Shown here: in pieces, positions 54,701 through 64,000 of the stretch
How the letters are laid out: each line of letters begins with the position of its first letter
Numbering within the stretch: position 1 is the first letter of the stretch
Assembly: GCF_009914755.1 (NCBI RefSeq)
Contig: NC_060935.1
DNA from: the human T2T-CHM13v2.0 reference genome, Homo sapiens
Reading direction: 5' to 3' (one strand)
Length of the DNA: 64,000 bases
Notes under the pieces: model-generated
What the model was told of the DNA's origin: nothing
The model's database searches: none
What the model saw: the letters and a program-made list of their open reading frames with translations, nothing else
Translations under genes and position numbers: made by a program

Positions 54701-56599
54701 AGGAAAACAGACCCATCATTTGACCCATCCCGGAATTCTTGACATACTCCTCAGGGTTTTATTCCCCTGGTAATCAGCTCTAATTGTATCTTTAATGTTG
54801 CCAATGACGTTGGAGGATTTTGCTGCATGTTTATGACTTCTAGTGTTGGGAAAAAGTTCTTTCCGACATCTGTTCCAAATGCGTTTATCTGTAATTTTAA
54901 TTCAGGCTCACTTGCCTTGTCATCTGGCCTGGACGGAAATTAGTTGAGATTATTTGTACTGTTAAAGATTTTATGTCCTTCAATTAAACCCTCCCTAAGA
55001 GTCTTGGCATCAAATGATTTTCCTCCCACCCAGTCTTCCTCATTGTTTTGGGTGAATTTATAATTGAAATGGTTTTAGAGAAAGGATTTCAGGGAATTTG
55101 AGAAGAAAAGAGACCTGAGAAAAAGGCACTTAATGAGAGTGTAAACTAGTGCCTAAATAGAGGAACTGGCAGTTCACAGATGGACCAGTTCCTCTGCATA
55201 TTGATAGATGAGATCTGATCAAAATGCCATCAACTGTGGGCTAAAGTGGACTGGAAAGACAGGGCTATATGCTCAACTGTTGGGGCTGGGAACAGAGGAT
55301 AGTCTTAGTGAGTAAATGAATTCATGGTCCTAAACGTGCTACAGTGGATCAAGGTCTATGAAGCTTCCAAAAGGAGGCACATTTTCCCAGAGAGAAAACC
55401 TGACACTAAGGCTAGGCTGCCTCAGACCTTAAGGGAAGACCCTTAAATGTTGACTACTGTGGAAGAAACCAATTGCTTTCTAAGCTAGAACCTGTGAGAG
55501 TCGGGAGTTCAGTCTCTATTAGGCCTGTCCTGATGGCCCTACCTTCTGTCCACAAAAGCTTAAGGATTATTCTCACTTTCAAGAGCCCAGGCTTCTCCTT
55601 TGTTATGTGTATTGATTGTGGAGTACATAAAGGCATCCAGTTCTCATAAAAGACCCTTTGGCCATATCCTTCTTAACCAGTCCATGGGTGGACCTGACTG
55701 TACATCTGAGGCACATGGAATATGCTGCCCTCACTATACCATTGCTCCTTACGTGAATTTCAAGGTTGGGTAAGCAGTAGTGAATATGAGAGGTATTGAC
55801 GTTCTAAGATTTTAGAATAGAGGACTCTGGAGTGCACTTTGAGATTGTCCAGGTATATAATTTCAAAGGTAACCTGCCTGACCTGCTGGGGTATACTTTA
55901 GGGGCAGGAGATTGAGGAACTATTAGTGACCCATGTATTCCTTGCTGTGGAAGAAGTTACGGGAGTGAATCATAACGATGTATGTCTATCATTGGCTGCA
56001 AAAGCAAGAGATTAAGCAGAATCAGTGATGATTCCTTGATAACTATAAACAACATAAAGTGGGATTTGGAGAGTGGCAGTGTGGGGGGGCCTCAGTGTAA
56101 TAGGCAGAGCTTATTATATGCAGATTAGGCTAATGAATTTAATGAAAGTAAATCATTTTACTAGTGTTACTGGTCATTCATGGCAACAGAGCTCGATACA
56201 GGACCACCACTGCATCCAAATTTTAGGCTGCTTCCAACCAGAGGAGAAAGTGTGACCCCAACATTTACATTTTCTTTCATTAATTTCTTTGTACATATCA
56301 CGGGCCCATGCTGCTGTAAGCATTTGGAACTCTTATTCTTTGTCCAGCCAACCTCATTCATCCTTCAAATCTCTTCTTTAAAACATTGTGTTAGGTTTCT
56401 TCTCTGCATACATTCCTAGAGCACCTTGCCCCTCTCCATCATGATATCCCCTTGTAACCCAATGCTCAAAGACAGTCACCCCTGCTAGAATGTAGGATGA
56501 ATGCGGACATGTTTATGGTATTTTTTGCTGTATTCCTATTGTCTGGTATAATGCCTGCACATGTGCTAGGTGCTTAAAATTTGCTGTTCTTAGGAGGAC

Positions 56600-56865
56600 A
56601 GTGGAAGAGGACAGTGATTAAGAATTCCAGCCTCAGTCGGACTATGGCTCTGTGTACCTTCCACAAGTTCACTGCCTTCCTCTAACTTCAGTTGCCACAT
56701 CTGTAAAATGGGGATAATAATTCAGCTTCATATAATTGTTATAAACTCTTATAACAATTTTATGGGATAATGTATGTAATTTTATGGGATAATGTATGTA
56801 AAACACTTAGCCAAGTGCCTAGCACATAGTATGTGTTCAATAAATGTTAATTATTGCTGTTATTA
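56600..56865 (+). mobile_element. MIR with an internal hairpin and a 22-bp tandem duplication
   Basis: catctgtaaaatggggataataat...gcctagcacatagt...tcaataaatgttaatt. Confidence 0.75.
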
Positions 56866-58532
56866 CATCTGTAGCAGATTATTTGGGGTTCTCCAAACTT
56901 ACTCCTTGTTCTTTCTTCTTCCTCTTTGGTTGTCATTCCATTTCTCCCACTAGGATCTGTGTCCTGCTCCTATCAAGTTTCTACCTATTACAGTTTTTTG
57001 TTATCTTGAAATGATTTATCCTTCTCTGAAACACTATGACATTTTTTCCTGCTCACATCTGACTTAACAAAGATTGCCTTGATTGAGGCCATAGGTGGTT
57101 TATTGCCCCTTAGGGATTATAATTTCCCTGCGGGCAGAGAATATCTTAAACATTTTTGAAGTGTCTCCAGATAATTATGTGGTGCTGCAGCCCACAGAGT
57201 AGAGGCCCCATAAATATTGAGTGAATGACTATTCACTCACTTGTGCAGAAAGGTAAGTGGGCATGGAATGAATATTGCTTGAATAAAGGCCTCCATTAAT
57301 TTAAAAAACACATTTTTGAGAAGAATGGTTAGGCATAATCAAAGTGGATTTGACCTGAAGGTGAGTTTGTCTCACCGGCCCTTCACTGTCCTTGAAATAC
57401 AATTTACTCAACTCCGGGCATCATGATTTGACATGGTACATGCTTAATAGAAACATATGCATTGGAAAATCAACACTGTTTGAAGGGCTTTGTTCCAGGC
57501 TGTCAGATGCATGTGGAAAGAAAAGGACAGTTAAAGTCTACTGGAAAGAAAGAGAAAAGAAACACAGACAAGGAATACGTGTGATAAAGGATGCACATGT
57601 GCCGTTGAGTCAAGCTTCCTAATGAAGGAAAATGTGACCATTTAATCTAATTATTGATCAATTCAGACATGGGAAGTGAAGTCCAGGCTCCTCCTCTGGA
57701 AGAGAGACACGTGATGCCTAAAAGTACCCCTTTGGTAGGAAAAAACATCAAGCACTGCTAGTTTTAATGATTATTGTAAGCCTCTCAAGCCCTTATAGAA
57801 GTGTTGTCAACTGTCAGAGGTTTCAGATTTCCAGCCAGTTAGACTCTTGCTCTGATTTTTGACTGAGGCAATCACCAGTTAACAGGTCATAAGTAGTGAG
57901 GCTGGATGTAACTCATCTAGGCCTATGCATCTACTCTCTAATGTCCCAAGGAGTGGCTACCTCTTTCACTTTTCATAACCAGGTTTTGCTATCTGAGAGG
58001 ATATATGACATAGTGAGAAGCACATGGGCTTTGGAGTTAGCCAGACATTATTTAGAACCCTGGCATTTCCACTAACTACCTAGAGATTTGTGAATTTGTA
58101 CTTTTTATCTTGAAGTTGAGGATAACAGCATTAAGTTATTTTGAACTTTAGTCATGATTGTTGAAAATATCATCATCATTATTAGTGGCCACCATTGACT
58201 GACCTCTTTAACAGGTATAAGGAACTGTTTCAAGTGCCTTACATGGATTAGCCCATTTAAGTTTCTCAACAACATATTAAAAGGTATATATTATTATTCC
58301 CATTTAAAACACCTAGCATGCCAGGCATATTATAAGTGCATGAAACTTATCATTATTATTTAATAACAATATTATTATCTTTCAGAATAAATTCTCCAAA
58401 TATTGTTGGTTTAAAATTTTATTTCAAAAATAATTCTAGAATGTTATCACTGAAAGGAATTAACTTGACTTTATCTAGTGGAGTGATTTCCATATTTTTA
58501 AGCCAGGAACTGTAATTAACATGATCAGTATG

Positions 58533-58917
<385 letters not shown>

Positions 58918-58958
58918 CTAGGGCCCTGAGGAACACAGTTTAAAAATTACTAATTTCA

Positions 58959-59289
<331 letters not shown>

Positions 59290-60689
59290 CTAGAAAAGCA
59301 AAGTGATTTATACTGTTTGTTAGCTGCAGATCCTAAATTATAAATTCGATCTCCTGACTTCTAGATCCATTGTTTTCTGTGAGAACACAGTATGTGATAT
59401 AGCATAATTATTGTTTACTAAAAGTACTGATTTAAAGATGATAAAGCATCTTTATATACTTTATCATATTTGAACTTCTCAAATTTTATGGTAGATGTTA
59501 CCTATTCCTTCTAGTTCATCTAAAATGCTGCCTAATATAGAAACAACTTTCTGGAACATTTGGTGGAGATGGCAGTAAGGGGGAGAAAAAAAACAACTGG
59601 AGACCAGAATATAGAAAGAGGGTGATTCCATTGAAATAAGCAAGTACAGTGGAGTTGACATTTGCCCTGAGTGCAATTTCGAGTCTCTGGTGGTTTAAAA
59701 TATGGCTTCTAGTGGACACTGTGTAAGCAGACAGGAGACATCCTGGGGCTAGTATGAGAAACATAAATCAAGAACCTTAAAGGGTGAATCCCTCCATGGG
59801 TGAACTAGGAAAAATCCACTCTGCCCAAAGAGACTTGCCTGTCAGTCTTGACTCTAGATGGAGGTCTAGAGGAGAAAATCTTGCATTCCTAAAAGCTTAG
59901 GGCTAGACTTTATTCCACCTGTGTGGCTCAACCTTCAAGCACTAAGACAAAAATGTAGTTGAAAGTCATCTTGGGTTGATAGTTCCCTCAGACCCCTGAC
60001 AGAAGGAAACACAAATCCTCTCTGAAGAAATGCAGTTTAAAAACCAAAACCTCAAATCTCACACATTAAATTCCAAAAAATACGAGCTTACAGATAAAAG
60101 AATAACTCAAAACACAAGAGAATAAGCTATCATGCATGCTATTCAGCATAAACAACAAATGGCAAAATTAGATGTGCAAAGCCTGAAGATATTAGAATTA
60201 TCAATATAAAATATTTATATGTAACATGTTTAAAGACATTTTTTAAAAAGGAAATTTAAAAAAATGAAAGAATAAGAGACTATCAAATTTGACTAAGCAG
60301 ACTGAAAAAGAATCAAATAGGATTCTAAAAATAAAAATACAGTAAGTGAAATTAAAAATGATGTGGGTGACTGAAAGAGAATATAACACACCTCAAGACA
60401 GAATTAATAAACTGAAAGATACATCTCAAAATGATGCAGAATTCACCATAAAGGAAAAGAAACAGAAGATATGAAAGCAAGTCTAAATAACACAGATGAG
60501 AGCTTGAGAAGAAAGAACATTTATCTAATTGGAATTCCACAAAGACAAAATAGAGAAAAACGTGGAAAGGGAATGTTTGAAGAGAGAATATCTAAGAATT
60601 TTCCAAAATGATGAAAGATTTCATCATCTTTCAGATTCAAGAATCTCCCCAAATCCTAAATAAAAATACATTTATACCTACATATCTTA

Positions 60690-61045
<356 letters not shown>

Positions 61046-61473
61046 AGATCTTAAAAGCATCCACAGAGAAAGGGGTTGCCACATATAAAGGAATGACTAT
61101 TAGATTAATAAGTGACTCAGCAGCAATAATAGAAGCCAGAAAACATGGAATGACATTTTTAAAATGTTGAGATAAAATAACCGTATACCCAGTAAAACTA
61201 TTTTTTAAGTATGAAGATAGTCTAAAGACACATTTAGACAAATTGAAATTGAGCACAGTCACTATCAAAAGATACTGAAGGAACTTCTAAAGGCTATATT
61301 AGGAAGAAAAATTTCTTGGAAGAAGTAGCAGGGAACAAGAAAGACTGTTAAGCTAAGAAAATGTTGAACATGTGGCTAGAGAATATGCCCCAGGAAGCAT
61401 GTTTAAGAAGGTTTTTTAGCAGCTTTGTTTCTCAGTGAAAACCCGCAAATAGCTCAAATGTCCATCCATAGTA

Positions 61474-61690
61474 TAGGCATACCCTGGAGATATTGTGGGT
61501 TCGGTTCCAGACTATGGCCATTAAGCGAATATTGCAATAAATGAGTCACACAAATTATTTTGGTTTCCCAGTGTGTTTAAAAGTACAGTCCGATGGCATT
61601 TTACTCACTGGAATGTCTTTCAAAATTGGTGCTGATCCTCCTGCTTTGTCAGCTAAGTTTATATAATATTCTAAATCCTTTGTTGAATGA
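61474..61690. mobile_element. Tigger1 fragment (one terminus plus internal piece)
   Basis: aggcataccctggagatattgtgggttcggttccagac...gcgaatattgcaataaa.gagtcacacaaat matches the Tigger1 end. Confidence 0.8.
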
Positions 61691-61745
61691 ATGAACCCAT
61701 AGCTAAAGGCATTCACATGGATGAATAGAGAAAAGCACACCATAG

Positions 61746-62421
61746 TATACTAAAAATAAAATGGATGTTGGCGTGGATGTGGTGAACAGGGAGCACTTCT
61801 TCACTGCTGGTGGGAATGTAAACTAGCACGACCACCATGGAAAACAGTGTGGAGATTCCTGAAAGAACTAAAAGTAGAACTAAAAGTAGAATTTGATCCA
61901 GCATTCCCACTACTGGGTATCTACCTAGAGGAAAAGAACTCATTATACGAAAAAGACACTTGCACGTGCATGTTGATAGCAGCACAATTCACAATTGCAA
62001 AAACATGGAACCAACCCAAATGCCCATCAATCAGAGTGGATAAAGAAACTGTGATATAGATGATGGAATACTACTCAGCAATAAAAAGGAATGAATTAGT
62101 GGCATTCACAGCAAGCTGGGTGAGATTGGAGACTATTACTCTCAGTGAAGTAACCCAGGAATAGAAAACCAACCCTCATATGTTCACATTCATAAGTGGG
62201 AGTTAGGCTATGAGGATGCAAAGGCATAAGAATGACATCATAGACTTTAGGAATTTAGGGGGAAAGGTGCCTGGGGTTGAAAGATAAAAGACTACAAATT
62301 GGATGCAGAGTATACTACTTGGGTGATATGTGCACCAAAATCTCACAAATCACCGCTAAAGAACTTATGTAACAAGACACCACCTGTTCCCCAAAACCTA
62401 TGGATATGAAATATTTTTTAA
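61746..62421 (+). mobile_element. 5'-truncated L1PB (L1PB1-like), 15-bp TSD
   Basis: gctatgaggatgcaaaggcataagaatga L1PB 3'UTR; TSD aaaagcacaccatag (61731-61745) / aaaagcataccatag (62422-62436). Confidence 0.88.
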
Positions 62422-63025
62422 AAAAGCATACCATAGAAGATATATACAGTAAGATTTCCCTCATATGGAGTTTAAAATGGGCAAAGCTAAATGGTATATT
62501 GTTTAGGCATAAACACAAATATGAAGTAAAGCTATAAAAAGCTGCAAGGGAGTGATTAGCTCAAAATTGAGGATAGTTATCTCTAGTGGCTGGGAGGGAG
62601 ATTCATTGGGGAGGTACAATTAAGGAGTTTTGATAATCTGGTTGTATTCATTTTATTTTATATATTCATATATATTAATTTTATTACTCTTTGTATTATA
62701 AATTTTACAAGAAAACAAAATTATAAAAAGAGTAGTCATGTAAGAATGTAGTGAGAAGAGGATGCAGGATCAGCATGGATAAAAGCATTCAGGTAGGAAC
62801 AGCCTCAGCAAATTTGAGTATGGGTGGGGGAAAGCCTCTTACGCCTTGGACAGCCCAAAGTTTCCTATATCTATTCTGCCACTTTCCTATCCAGTTTATC
62901 CGTGCATACTGCCAAAGTGTATTTTCCTGCATAGTGACATACAATAAAAAATGTTACATACTTTATTTTGGGGAGTTACTTTATTTCCTCCTTTTCTGAT
63001 GTACGTTTTTATTTGTTTTTTCTAG

Positions 63026-63154
63026 GTCATAACTTTTGTGCAGAAGGACCTAAATGTGGTGAAAACTCAGAGTGCAAAAACTGGAATACAAAAGCTACTT
63101 GTGAGTGCAAGAGTGGTTACATCTCTGTCCAGGGAGACTCTGCCTACTGTGAAG
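63026..63154 (+). CDS. NELL1: NELL1 coding exon (~exon 12), first EGF-like domain: (G)HNFCAEGPKCGENSECKNWNTKATCECKSGYISVQGDSAYCE(D)
   Basis: Acceptor ttgttttttctAG, donor G|GTAAGT; 129 nt, phase 1-1; six-Cys EGF pattern with CxC..GY; inside ORF 62968..63162. Confidence 0.98.
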
Positions 63155-64000
63155 GTAAGTAAGCTATTTAATGAAGTCACTTGTGAGAGGTTGACTGAGA
63201 AGTGTATGCCTGGTAGATGTGGTTAAAGAGTGAAAACTATCACTTGGCTGTGGTCCTATGCAATCCTATAAGAAATCATATCAATTGCTGAGGGTTCTCT
63301 GTTCTCCTGGTTTATCCATGCTGCTCAGTAGCATGAGAAAGCAAGACCTTTGAAGGTCGTTATGAAGCACGGCAAAGAAGCAAAGGCAACAGGGACATAT
63401 CAAATCCCATGTTCTGCTGCTGTGCACATAACAATCACTAGATCAACCATAGACACATCATATTCTGTTTTCTTATTTGATGAGATTGCCATCTTCATAT
63501 TTAATTAAATGTACAGGGTGGTTTCTGTTTTCAAATGATACTTTGACATTAACTCATACTAGGCTGCTGTCTCCTTGACCTGACAAGATCAGGTTTTTAT
63601 TCTTTTTAGTGGGTTTCTTCGTGACTGGTTCATGCATTGCCAATTCCCAATCTCTACTAAAAGTCACAGTAATGGAGGGACTCATAACTTTGGCACATGG
63701 GCTGATGCCATTACAGTGGGATGGTGGCCTCAAGCATCAATGACCCACATTTCTGCTCTAGAGAAAGCAACTCCTCCGTCTTAAGAGAGCACCGTTTTTT
63801 CAGGCTTAGTACTGCAACCTGCTAGTGGTGAGCATTGCACATCTCTATTACCTTAACATGCCAGAGGAGTGGGAGTTAGTTCGACCTGGTCTGTATGTAT
63901 AGTACCATAATATCTGAGCCCATCCATTTCCAACGTGCTCATGGCTCCCTTCCATCAGTTTGCAAAAGCTTTAATAAGCAAAGTGATGGCTGGGCTATTT

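Overview
Primate (most likely human) genomic DNA: an internal 64-kb slice of NELL1 (Neural EGFL-like 1; human 11p15 from recall), transcribed on the + strand. Seven coding exons with canonical AG/GT splice sites splice in frame, 697 nt in total: 20784-20856, 21854-21936, 29911-30045, 30980-31082, 40390-40463, 49929-50028 and 63026-63154. They encode GIIQDGKII...SAYCE, i.e. the end of the TSPN/LamG domain, the Cys-flanked coiled coil, two VWC domains and the first EGF-like domain (approx. residues 202-433; exons 6-12 by my recollection of the 810-aa isoform). About 99% of the window is intron, rich in L1 (L1PA, L1PB, L1MA/MB/ME), Alu (J/S/Y), MaLR/ERV solo LTRs (THE1, MLT1, MER4, LTR16), DNA-transposon fossils (MER5, MER45, MER58, MER2, MER63, Tigger1), MIR and L2. 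Nearly all ORF-track entries are repeat-derived or chance. I found no prokaryotic, CRISPR or foreign system, and I cannot support a new biological system. The best leads are regulatory or isoform hypotheses: a THE1 LTR with a DUX4-type site next to an internal strong-Kozak ATG, non-YAG acceptors, Alu-flanked in-frame exon circles, and sense-L1 polyA sites. There are also some well-resolved transposon insertion and deletion scars. Repeat subfamily names come from remembered consensus motifs, and old-repeat boundaries are approximate.
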